Origin: Candidatus Nanopelagicales bacterium
GTDB taxonomy: Bacteria > Actinomycetota > Actinomycetes > S36-B12 > UBA5976
Assembly (NCBI GenBank): GCA_036796575.1
Contig: DAIRCR010000002.1
Coordinates: 247,122 to 311,121 of the forward strand
Direction: 5' to 3'
Length of the DNA stretch: 64,000 bases
How positions within the stretch are numbered: the stretch's first letter is position 1; every line of letters begins with the position of its first letter. The notes below the pieces were generated by a model, which was given only the letters and a program-made list of their open reading frames with translations, did not search any database and was not told the origin of the DNA. A program made the position numbers and the translations under genes. Positions 29,538 to 37,783 of the stretch are shown here, piece by piece.

Positions 29538-31730
29538 TTAGCCAGATATTGCTTTGAAGGATCGAAGCCGCAAGCTGTTTGTAACTACAAAGACACTTGA
29601 GAAAGCCATTGCGGCTGCGGCGATCACTGGCCCGAGCAATCCGAGCATGGCAAGTGGAATTGCAGCAACGTTGTAGGCAAAGGCCCAAAACAAATTGATC
29701 TTGATAGTGCGCATTGTTGCGCGCGATAACTCAATCGCATCAACGGCTGCAGCCATGGTCGAACGTAACAAAATAATGTCAGCCGCACTAGCTGCCACAT
29801 CAGCGCCAGTACCCATTGCCAAACTTAAGTGCGCTTTGGCTAGCGCAGCAGCGTCATTGATGCCATCACCTATCATTGCGACATAGTGTCCATCGTTTTG
29901 ATTGGCAGCTACTAATTCAAGTTTTTGCGCCGGTGAGCTACTTGCGAAGTACTGAGATATGCCTAGCTGCTGACTAACTTTTTCAACAGCAACTTGATTA
30001 TCACCCGAAGCAACAATCGGAGTGATCTTCAACTTTTGCAGATGTGCCAGCGCTGGAATGGCACTTGGATCCAATGCGTCAGCTAGCGCGATTACTGCAA
30101 CAGCGTAGGCATCTCGGTAGACAACAACCACACTGTCACCGCGAGCTTGGAATCTTTCGGCAGCTTGGGCGAACTCACCTTCTGGAGCACCCAACCATTT
30201 CGGAGATCCCAAAGCGCAAGGATGGCCAGCAACTAAGCCTTGAACACCTGAGCCGCCAACTGTGTGAACTTTAGTTGCCGTTTCTTTAGTGAAATCAAAC
30301 TTGCGGGCATGAGTTCGCAGACTGGTAGCAATTGGATGAGTTGAGCTGGCTTCAAGCGAATCCACAATTTGCCAGAGTCCAGCGGGCATAATCTTGGTGA
30401 AAACTTCCACCACACTCATGCGGCCGTCAGTCAAAGTTCCAGTTTTGTCCATAATCATGACATCGATTTTTTGGCTGGACTCGATGGCATGTGGTCCGCG
30501 AATCAAGATTCCAAGTTGGGCTCCCCGACCAGTTCCAACTAACAACGCAGTTGGTGTAGCAAGACCTAGTGCACATGGGCAAGCAATTACTAAGACTGCA
30601 ATTCCAGTTGTGATGGCAAAACCGGCATCGCCCAAGATCGCATACCAAGTGACAGCAGTAAGTAGCGCGAGGACCACAACAATTGGTACGAAGATTTCAG
30701 AAATCCGATCGACTAATCGGGTGACTTCGGCTTTGCCAGTTTGCGCTTGATGAACCAGTCTCGAGATTCCCGAAAGCACAGTATCTTTGCCAACTGCCTT
30801 GGCTTGAATGGTGAGCGCAGTGTCAATCAGAACTGTGGCACCAATAACTTCGTCGCCAGCAGATACTGCAACTGGGAGTGATTCGCCGGTAACTAACGAG
30901 TTGTCAACGTGGCCAGAGCCCGAAATCACAATTGCATCAACAGGGATCTGGCTTCCGGCGGGAACATAAATCGTGTCACCGACTTTTACGTCTTCGATCG
31001 CAGTATTAACTTGACCACCATTTTTGATCACCAGAGCAAACTTTGGATTTAAGCTAGCCAAATTCTCAATGGCTTTTTGTGATTGTTCACGAGCTCGGTG
31101 TTCTAGAAACTTTCCAAGTAGAACAAGTGTTGTGACGCCAGCCGCAACTTCAAAATATAGTTCGGGATGTGCAGAAGTGCTTTGCGATGGGAAAAACTCT
31201 GCACTCATTTTCATGCCAACGGCCCCAGCAGCAGTGAACAAAACTGCCCACATTGACCAGAGGTAAGAAACTAAAACACCAAGACTTACCAGCGAATCCA
31301 TGGTGACTGCGCGATGGCGGGCATTCAGAAAAGCTGCACGATGAAATGGCCAGGCGCCCCAAATTGCAACTGGAGTTGCTAGCGCGGCACAAACCCATTG
31401 CCAATATGAAAACTGCATTGATGGCATCATCGAAAGCGTCATAAGTGGAATAGTCAACGCCGCAGAAACCATCAATCTGATGCGAAACTCACGCACTCCG
31501 TACAGTTCAATGGCTTTACCAGAAATCGATGCGGTGTAACCCGTCTTTTCAATGGCAGTAATTAGCTGTTCGTTCGTTACCTCTGGATCAACATCTGCAA
31601 ATGCCACGCCTGTTGCGTAGTTAACTGACGCTCGAACGCCATCGAGTTTTTCTAAGGATTTTTCAACGCGACGCGAACATGAAGCACAGGTCATTCCACC
31701 TACGCTGAGTTCAACGCTTCTGGCTGACAT
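29538..31730 (-). CDS. copA: copper-translocating P1B-type ATPase
   Basis: N-terminal HMA GMTCASC, TM CPC motif (ACPCALGLATP), phosphorylation site DKTGTLT and GDGINDA are present. 730 aa. Confidence 0.95.
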   Translation of the reverse strand: MSARSVELSVGGMTCASCSRRVEKSLEKLDGVRASVNYATGVAFADVDPEVTNEQLITAIEKTGYTASISGKAIELYGVREFRIRLMVSAALTIPLMTLSMMPSMQFSYWQWVCAALATPVAIWGAWPFHRAAFLNARHRAVTMDSLVSLGVLVSYLWSMWAVLFTAAGAVGMKMSAEFFPSQSTSAHPELYFEVAAGVTTLVLLGKFLEHRAREQSQKAIENLASLNPKFALVIKNGGQVNTAIEDVKVGDTIYVPAGSQIPVDAIVISGSGHVDNSLVTGESLPVAVSAGDEVIGATVLIDTALTIQAKAVGKDTVLSGISRLVHQAQTGKAEVTRLVDRISEIFVPIVVVLALLTAVTWYAILGDAGFAITTGIAVLVIACPCALGLATPTALLVGTGRGAQLGILIRGPHAIESSQKIDVMIMDKTGTLTDGRMSVVEVFTKIMPAGLWQIVDSLEASSTHPIATSLRTHARKFDFTKETATKVHTVGGSGVQGLVAGHPCALGSPKWLGAPEGEFAQAAERFQARGDSVVVVYRDAYAVAVIALADALDPSAIPALAHLQKLKITPIVASGDNQVAVEKVSQQLGISQYFASSSPAQKLELVAANQNDGHYVAMIGDGINDAAALAKAHLSLAMGTGADVAASAADIILLRSTMAAAVDAIELSRATMRTIKINLFWAFAYNVAAIPLAMLGLLGPVIAAAAMAFSSVFVVTNSLRLRSFKAISG

Positions 31731-31936
31731 TAGTTGGGAACGAGCTCGTATCCGGCGTCATCGATAGCAGTAGCCAGTTGCGCTTGTTCTAGCGCAGCAT
31801 CCGAAGTAATCGTGACCTGACCAGATTCCAAATCAACTTCAACTTCAGTAACTGAAGCAAGCAGTGAGAGTTCCATAGTTACAGCAGAAACACAGTGTCC
31901 ACAAGTCATTCCTGACACATTAATTGTGGTTTGCAT
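31730..31936 (-). CDS. copZ: heavy-metal-associated copper chaperone
   Basis: 68 aa with GMTCGHC. Its stop overlaps the copA start by 1 nt (TAATG). Confidence 0.9.
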   Translation of the reverse strand: MQTTINVSGMTCGHCVSAVTMELSLLASVTEVEVDLESGQVTITSDAALEQAQLATAIDDAGYELVPN

Positions 31937-31975
31937 TTCACTCTCCTTCGCTCACTTAATTGTACTGCGAAGGGA

Positions 31976-32704
31976 TTATTCGTTTACCGCGCGCTTTTCT
32001 GCAACTTCTGGATAAGTCTGCGCTGCAGCTAACGCAGCCTTGCGTGCCTTCTCCATCGCAATCGCACGCGCTTCTTCCAGGCGCTTTTGCGATTCTTGAA
32101 TTCGAGCAGCACGCTGGGCCTTTAGTATTTCAGCTTGTTCCACCATGTCTTGGCCAGTCCATGGTTTTTCTGAATCAATGACTCGGGAATACGTAGTTGC
32201 TTTGTCAGCTTTTACATAAGACGGAAGTGGAGTTTCAATTGGCTGCCAGGTGCGACGAGTTTCGGTAACTGTTTGAGTTAACGAAATAATTTCAGTGCGA
32301 TGATCTGGAGCTGCGGCCTGAGTTCTTGGTGCAGTCTCATCTTGAGTTTGCTGGTTACGTACCGGACGAGTTGCTCGCTTAGCATTTAGCGCAGCAACTA
32401 ATGCAAAACCAACGATGAGAAATGTTGGCGCGGCAATCCAGAAAACTGAAATTCTGCCAGCGGTACCTAAAACAATTGTTGCTACCAAAGCTGTGAACAA
32501 TATCATTGCAACTCGTCGCCGACGAACGAAGGCAAGTTGTCGTGATGACATTGGTTCGCGTTGTTGCCAGCGCCACTTTATCGCTACTTCGTCTGGTGCG
32601 CGCAAACCTTTTTCTACTTGAGCGCGGTCGTGGCTCTTTAACCAGATCGGAACTAAGACAACGGCCCACATCACAACAACGATGAGATATAACAAGCCGG
32701 TCAT
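31976..32704 (-). CDS. small membrane protein with Ala/Lys/Glu-rich helical C-terminus; positional equivalent of GlpR/SepX-type divisome membrane protein (tentative)
   Basis: 242 aa with an N-terminal TM (LLYLIVVVMWAVVLVPIWL) and two more TM segments. The long C-terminal region is charged (QAEILKAQRAARIQESQKRLEEARAIAMEKARKAALAAA). It lies directly after the rimJ-like and moeA-like genes, as Rv0996 does after rimJ/moeA1 (from memory). Confidence 0.5.
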   Translation of the reverse strand: MTGLLYLIVVVMWAVVLVPIWLKSHDRAQVEKGLRAPDEVAIKWRWQQREPMSSRQLAFVRRRRVAMILFTALVATIVLGTAGRISVFWIAAPTFLIVGFALVAALNAKRATRPVRNQQTQDETAPRTQAAAPDHRTEIISLTQTVTETRRTWQPIETPLPSYVKADKATTYSRVIDSEKPWTGQDMVEQAEILKAQRAARIQESQKRLEEARAIAMEKARKAALAAAQTYPEVAEKRAVNE

Positions 32705-32756
32705 GGTTATTTACGGTACGGCGTTTTCCCCAATATCTTGCGGAACTAAAGGGTTA

Positions 32757-33362
32757 CTAAGTGCTCGTGTCGCGCTTACTAAAGATGTGATCGATCACAG
32801 TACCCGAAATCGTATTAGGCATCATGACGTAAACATTGTGATCTCGCCATTGGCCATTGATGTGCAAGAACGCTGGGCGCAGACCCTCAAAGCTGTAACC
32901 AAGGCGAATTGCCAAGCGGTTACTTGGAATATTCTCAGGCCTTACTGCAATTTCGATCCGATGAAGTTTTAGAGTTTGCAGCAAGTGATCGGTGACCAGG
33001 GCTGCAGCCGTCGTCATAACTCGCTTGTCCGAGGCGGACTCGTCGATCCAGTAGCCGAAGTGACAGCCCCGCAGTGATCCGTACGTTATGTCCGAAACAT
33101 TGATTTGGCCAACGAAGGCTCCCTGGTACTCGACAACAAACGGCATAGTTCGACCATCTTTAGCCTCAACCAACATGCGCTTGGCACTTTGTCTAAATGT
33201 CGGTGGTGGTTCAACACTTGGCATTGGTGATGTGGCTTCCCACTCTTGCAACCAATCGTTATTTGATTGACGTAATTGTTGCCATCTTCGGGCATCACGA
33301 ACCCGTAACGGACGCACTCTTACATCACCGTGGGTCAAAGTGGCCGGCCAAGCTTTCGTCAC
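32757..33362 (-). CDS. GNAT family N-acetyltransferase (RimJ/RimL-like)
   Basis: 201 aa with a GNAT pattern (GYWIDE...AAALVTDHLLQTLKLHRIEIAVRPENIPSNRLAIRLGYSFEG). Confidence 0.82.
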   Translation of the reverse strand: MTKAWPATLTHGDVRVRPLRVRDARRWQQLRQSNNDWLQEWEATSPMPSVEPPPTFRQSAKRMLVEAKDGRTMPFVVEYQGAFVGQINVSDITYGSLRGCHFGYWIDESASDKRVMTTAAALVTDHLLQTLKLHRIEIAVRPENIPSNRLAIRLGYSFEGLRPAFLHINGQWRDHNVYVMMPNTISGTVIDHIFSKRDTST

Positions 33363-33375
33363 TTGCTCACCTTAG

Positions 33376-34299
33376 TTATTCGTCACCCAAAGCATCAAGT
33401 TGAATTACTTTTACGGTGTCACCAGCATTCAAGCGCGTAGTTCCAACCGGTACGACAATTAAGGCATCTGCAGTTCCTAAACCAGCCAATGGATGATCGT
33501 TGTTGTTTTCAACGGAACGAACCACTGGAACATTGCCAGACTTAGAAACATGCGCCCGCACATAACGCGCATCATCACCGGCGCCATCAACTGTGGTCTC
33601 GAGCCGAGCTTCAATGACTCGGTGATGCAATTTGCTATGACCCATTAACCGACGGATCAAAGGTCGTACGAATATGTCAAAGGAAAGCAGCGCGCCAACT
33701 GGGTTACCCGGCAAAACGAAAATTGGCGTTGAGTCCGGGCCAATCACCCCAAAACCTTGAGCTCCGCCAGGAGTCATATTCACCCGGGAAATTTCCACTT
33801 GGCCAAGCTCTCGAAGCACGTTAGTCAGTAAGTCATAGTCACCGGCGTTCATGCCACAAGCCGTAATGATTACATCTGCGCGAACCAATTGATCTTCGAT
33901 TGCTGATCTGATCAGATCTGAATCACTTTGTAATGGGCCAACACGAAATGTCATTGCGCCTGCTGCAGTTGATGCTGTCGTCAATGCGATGCCATTGATA
34001 TCAGGGCGAAGATCTTCCAAAGTTCCTGGGTCTGCTAGATCACTACCAACCGTCAGGATCACAACGCGAGGTTTTGGATGAACCCAAATGCGTCCTAAGT
34101 TTGCTGCTGCCAATAGTGCAACGTGTCGAGCGCCGATAGCAGTACCTTGCGGCAACAGCATGTGTTCTTTGTCATCATCTTCAGTTGTGACTTGCTCTGC
34201 AAGCACGCAACCAACTGCGCCAAGCAGTCCAACTTCTAAAGATTCCAGCGGTGACACATCAGTCAAAACCGCTTCTAGGTGTTGCTCGACTGAGCGCAT
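33376..34299 (-). CDS. MoeA/gephyrin-E-like protein with large internal deletion (307 aa); candidate Glp-type scaffold rather than molybdopterin molybdenumtransferase
   Basis: It aligns by eye to MoeA at the N-terminus (VEQHLEAVL...LGAVGCVLAEQV), the MoCF-binding domain (PRVVILTVGSDL...VIITACG...VLPGNPVGA) and the C-terminal beta-barrel. It lacks the roughly 95-aa segment that carries FDNSAMDGYA and RIMTGAP in E. coli MoeA. Confidence 0.7.
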   Translation of the reverse strand: MRSVEQHLEAVLTDVSPLESLEVGLLGAVGCVLAEQVTTEDDDKEHMLLPQGTAIGARHVALLAAANLGRIWVHPKPRVVILTVGSDLADPGTLEDLRPDINGIALTTASTAAGAMTFRVGPLQSDSDLIRSAIEDQLVRADVIITACGMNAGDYDLLTNVLRELGQVEISRVNMTPGGAQGFGVIGPDSTPIFVLPGNPVGALLSFDIFVRPLIRRLMGHSKLHHRVIEARLETTVDGAGDDARYVRAHVSKSGNVPVVRSVENNNDHPLAGLGTADALIVVPVGTTRLNAGDTVKVIQLDALGDE

Positions 34300-35201
34300 T
34301 AAATCTTGCCCGCCAAGTACGAGGTTAGCCAGGCACGCAGGTCTGGTCCAAGGTCATCGCGGTCAAGAGCGATTGAAACCACACTCTTCAAGTACGAAAG
34401 TTTGTCGCCGGTGTCATAGCGTTTGCCACGGAACACCACAGCATGCACGCCACCGCCAGATTTAGTTGGCATATCAATTAATGAGGCCAGTGCATCAGTT
34501 AATTGAATTTCGCCACCACGGCCAGGAGCAAGATTTTCTAACAACCCAAAAATCGCTGGATCAATTACATAGCGACCAATTACCGCCAAGTTGCTTGGCG
34601 CAGTTCCGGATGCCGGTTTTTCCACCAATTCAGTAACGCGAACGATGTCTGGGTTATCGGTTGGCGCTACTGCAGCACAACCATACAAATGAATTTGATC
34701 TTCTGGTACTTCCATCAGGGCAAGAATGCTGCCACCAAATTTTGTTTGCGCAGCGAACATGTCTGGCAAAACTGGAGTGCGGACATCAACTAAATCGTCA
34801 CCAAGTAAAACTGCAAACGCCTGATCGCCAACATGTTCTTTAGCCATGCTCACGGCATGACCTAGTCCCATGGGCACACCTTGGCGCACGTAATGCATCG
34901 CAGCTAAGTCTGCGAGTTCTGTAATTTCACTTTGCATTTCAAATGCGCCACGTTCCGCCAAAGTTCGTTCCAGGCTCGGTGAGCGATCAAAGTGGTTTTC
35001 TAGCGAATCTTTATTTCGGCCAGTTACAAACAGTACGTCGTTGATACCTGCAGCGACAGCTTCTTCAACTACATATTGAATAGCCGGCTTATCAACAACT
35101 GGAAGCATTTCCTTTGGAGTTGCCTTAGTTGCTGGCAAAAACCGAGTGCCCAATCCCGCTACTGGTATTACGGCTTTATTGATCGTGCCCCTGTTGCTCA
35201 T
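34299..35201 (-). CDS. galU: UTP--glucose-1-phosphate uridylyltransferase
   Basis: IPVAGLGTRFLPATKATPKEMLPVVDKP at the N-terminus. 300 aa. Its stop shares 1 nt with the moeA-like start. Confidence 0.95.
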   Translation of the reverse strand: MSNRGTINKAVIPVAGLGTRFLPATKATPKEMLPVVDKPAIQYVVEEAVAAGINDVLFVTGRNKDSLENHFDRSPSLERTLAERGAFEMQSEITELADLAAMHYVRQGVPMGLGHAVSMAKEHVGDQAFAVLLGDDLVDVRTPVLPDMFAAQTKFGGSILALMEVPEDQIHLYGCAAVAPTDNPDIVRVTELVEKPASGTAPSNLAVIGRYVIDPAIFGLLENLAPGRGGEIQLTDALASLIDMPTKSGGGVHAVVFRGKRYDTGDKLSYLKSVVSIALDRDDLGPDLRAWLTSYLAGKI

Positions 35202-35232
35202 ACCTAGACTTTACTGGCAATACGGTTAAGGA

Positions 35233-35799
35233 ATGGTAAGTCGTTCCAAAGACACAGTGCGAGAGCAATCAATCGCGGCTAGATCTGCGCGCAGTAGTGC
35301 AGAAATTTCTGCAGCTGGAATCGCAATTGCAAATCATGATTGGGCTGTATTGTGCCCGGGGCAGTTAGTCACTTGTTTTGTTTCGATGGCTACCGAGCCA
35401 CCGACTGGCGAGGTGCGAACAAAGTTACAAGCTCTCGATAAAGATGTGGCACTACCAATCATGCAGTCAGGACATTCCCTGGCTTGGGGCTTTGATGGCA
35501 CTGACTTAGTCAAGAACAGTTACGGGATCTATGAACCAGCGCCTACTGAAATTGATATCGCTAAGGCAAGTGCAATTCTGATTCCAGCCCTTCGAGTTGG
35601 GCGCGATGGTTCTCGCTTAGGTCGCGGCGCTGGTTATTACGATCGCGCGTTAGCTAATGTCCCAGCGCATTCAAGCGGTGGACCTATCCGAATTTGTCTA
35701 GTGTTTGACGACGAAGTTGATGACTCAGTCCCAAGTGAACCGCACGATGCGCTCATTGATTTAATCGTTACGCCAAGTGAAGTTATTCAAGTTAACTAA
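35233..35799 (+). CDS. 5-formyltetrahydrofolate cyclo-ligase
   Basis: 188 aa with the GRGAGYYDR motif. Divergent from galU, as in other Actinobacteria. Confidence 0.85.
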   Translation: MVSRSKDTVREQSIAARSARSSAEISAAGIAIANHDWAVLCPGQLVTCFVSMATEPPTGEVRTKLQALDKDVALPIMQSGHSLAWGFDGTDLVKNSYGIYEPAPTEIDIAKASAILIPALRVGRDGSRLGRGAGYYDRALANVPAHSSGGPIRICLVFDDEVDDSVPSEPHDALIDLIVTPSEVIQVN

Positions 35800-36148
35800 A
35801 TAAGTAGCGTCCCAGGATCAGACCAACGCCAGCGGCAACAATTCCACCTGTTAACAAAGTAACTGCGTAAATCATTGCTGGCCTGAATGCTTGGGCCAAT
35901 AATCTGCGCTGTATTTGCAAACTAACACCACTGAAAGTTGTCAGCGCTCCACAAAATCCGATTCCCAGAATCACTTGCCATTCCCCCGGTAAAGCTAAAA
36001 CAATTCCAAGCAAGAATGCGCCAACAACATTCACTAGCCAAGTCGCGCGTGGGAACGCAGAACTTCCAACTGGTGGCAAGTAGTACTCGACTGCAAACCT
36101 GATGAAGCCACCTAGTGCAGCTGCGAAAACAAATAGCATCAAATTCAT
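35792..36148 (-). CDS. crcB: fluoride channel CrcB/Fluc subunit (second of pair)
   Basis: 118 aa with 4 TM segments and the GFCGALTTFSG motif. It overlaps the upstream crcB paralog by 4 nt. Confidence 0.9.
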   Translation of the reverse strand: MNLMLFVFAAALGGFIRFAVEYYLPPVGSSAFPRATWLVNVVGAFLLGIVLALPGEWQVILGIGFCGALTTFSGVSLQIQRRLLAQAFRPAMIYAVTLLTGGIVAAGVGLILGRYLFS

Positions 36149-36510
36149 TTGCGATCACCTAGCAAACTGCCAATGTGAGTTGCCGCAACACCAACTGCAA
36201 ACGTGCCCACAACATAGGTGATCGAAATCAATGGTGTACTTGCTAGTTGCAAAGTTTCTACCGCTATTGCCGAGAAAGTGGTGAAACCTCCAAGTACACC
36301 GGTGACAACAAAGTGACGACGCGTTTCGTTATTCACAATGCTTGGTGAACTAGCAATCAAACCAATTAACAACGCTCCAATGACATTAACTATGAAAGTC
36401 GACCACGGAAACGAAGTTTCGCTGGGCACCTGAGTCCAGTAAGAAATTTGTAATCGAGCAAGTGATCCAAGTGTCGCCCCAAAGGCTGCAACTAAACCAA
36501 ACTTAAGCAC
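36145..36510 (-). CDS. crcB: fluoride channel CrcB/Fluc subunit (first of pair)
   Basis: I chose the GTG at 36510 (VLKFGLVAAFGATLGSLAR...), which gives 121 aa with GVLGGFTTFS. The 164-aa track ORF runs out of frame through the upstream zinc-ribbon gene. Confidence 0.88.
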   Translation of the reverse strand: MLKFGLVAAFGATLGSLARLQISYWTQVPSETSFPWSTFIVNVIGALLIGLIASSPSIVNNETRRHFVVTGVLGGFTTFSAIAVETLQLASTPLISITYVVGTFAVGVAATHIGSLLGDRK

Positions 36511-36814
36511 TTGGGCTTGGGGTGCTTGCTGGAGCAGGTGCCGCCACTGGTGCTGGAGTCGACGCAGGTTTTGATGCTGAACTTGAGTCCGTTGAACCTG
36601 AGTCTGATGAACTTGGAGTCGCCGACGATGTCGTGCCACGAGAATCGTTGCGATAGAAACCGGAGCCCTTGAAAACTACCCCAACCGAACCATAAACCTT
36701 TTTCAAGGCTTCAGCTTTGCATTCAGGGCAACTTGTTAATGCGTCGTCTGAAAAGGACTGGACTACTTCAAGTGGTGCATCGCACGCGCCGCACACGTAT
36801 TGATAAGTAGGCAT
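36503..36814 (-). CDS. FmdB-family zinc-ribbon protein with Ser/Thr/Pro-rich disordered tail (M. tuberculosis Rv0991c type)
   Basis: MPTYQYVCGACDAPLEVVQSFSDDALTSCPECKAEALKKVYG gives CxxC...CxxC, followed by a low-complexity tail (TTSSATPSSSDSGSTDSSSASKPASTPAP...). Confidence 0.88.
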   Translation of the reverse strand: MPTYQYVCGACDAPLEVVQSFSDDALTSCPECKAEALKKVYGSVGVVFKGSGFYRNDSRGTTSSATPSSSDSGSTDSSSASKPASTPAPVAAPAPASTPSPSA

Positions 36815-36867
36815 GATTTCCTTTCGACTCTGGCAATCGTACCTGTGGACAAATTAAGTCGCGAAAT

Positions 36868-37530
36868 TTGAATTCGACTTATCGTGGCACCACTATGAAA
36901 AACCTTGAATTTCTGCATAAGTACTATCCCTTGATAGTGAGGTATCGCCGATCGATCGCTGCCTCACTTGCTGGATTTGGCACGTTAATCGCACTTAGTT
37001 TGGTGATTCCTGGTCCTGGTTCGCAAACCAAAGTTTTAGTTGCTACTAGTCCCCTGTCGGCTGGCACAACATTGACTGCATCAGACTTTATCCAAAAAAC
37101 TTTGCCCGATGATTTTGCTTGGTCAACCTTGCAAGCTCAGCCAAGTGATTTAGTTGGCCGAGTATTAGCGCATTCAATTGCAGCGAATCAACCAATCAGC
37201 AGCAGCGATCTGATCGGGCAAGGACTACTTACCGGATTTCCTGAGAACTATGTTGCAGTTTCAATTCCGGTTAGCGCCAGTACTAGTGCCTCGCTTCTAA
37301 GCGTTGGAAATGTAATTGATGTTTACGGCTCAAGTAATGATGGCTTTAACACTGGAGTCCTGATTGCTTCCCGCGCCAGAATCCTTGCAATTCCATCAAG
37401 CGGCAAGAGTTCGATGTTTTCTGGAGGATCGACGACTAATTCGATCATTGTTGGTGTGGATTCGGTAGCGGCAATAAGTATTGCCGGGAATGCTTCCAAT
37501 CAAGAATTTACGATTGCGCTGCTTCCATAG
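36868..37530 (+). CDS. SAF-domain protein (CpaB/RcpC-like), N-terminal membrane anchor
   Basis: It has a TM (IAASLAGFGTLIALSLVI) followed by a SAF-like segment (VLVATSPLSAGTTLTASDF). The start is ambiguous (TTG at 36868 or ATG at 36895). Confidence 0.72.
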   Translation: MNSTYRGTTMKNLEFLHKYYPLIVRYRRSIAASLAGFGTLIALSLVIPGPGSQTKVLVATSPLSAGTTLTASDFIQKTLPDDFAWSTLQAQPSDLVGRVLAHSIAANQPISSSDLIGQGLLTGFPENYVAVSIPVSASTSASLLSVGNVIDVYGSSNDGFNTGVLIASRARILAIPSSGKSSMFSGGSTTNSIIVGVDSVAAISIAGNASNQEFTIALLP

Positions 37531-37539
37531 CGTCTTGCG

Positions 37540-37719
37540 CTATCCGTGATGTGGTGGCACATCTTCCAGAAGTTCGCGGTCGCGATTAGTCGGTGGCGCA
37601 ACATCATCGCTGGTTTGTTCCGGAGTTAACTCAACGCCATCAAGCAATGCCCGTAACCTTGCCGAACTCTGGGACTTTGCGTCCACAGTATCGTCAGGAT
37701 TATTGGGCGAGGAACTCAT
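37540..37719 (-). CDS. hypothetical small acidic protein (59 aa)
   Basis: MSSSPNNPDDTVDAKSQSSARLRALLDGVELTPEQTSDDVAPPTNRDRELLEDVPPHHG. This is the 3' third of the 152-aa track ORF. An AGGAG lies just upstream of the ATG, but the spacer is only about 1 nt. No family was recognised. Confidence 0.4.
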   Translation of the reverse strand: MSSSPNNPDDTVDAKSQSSARLRALLDGVELTPEQTSDDVAPPTNRDRELLEDVPPHHG

Positions 37720-37783
37720 ACTCCTATGCTGATACCTAAGGATTGAAAAACCTAATTCAAACTGCGAATGAAATGGAAACTCA

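Noticed and set aside
36145-36639. 164-aa ORF extending crcB upstream (MARHRRRLQVHQTQVQRTQ...)
   Set aside because: The extension is an alternative-frame read of the Ser/Thr/Pro-rich tail of the zinc-ribbon gene. The CrcB homology starts at the GTG at 36510.
36815-36867. Fluoride riboswitch expected near crcB
   Set aside because: No match by eye to the conserved crcB-motif core. The spacer is too short (53 nt), and the crcB genes are preceded directly by coding sequence.
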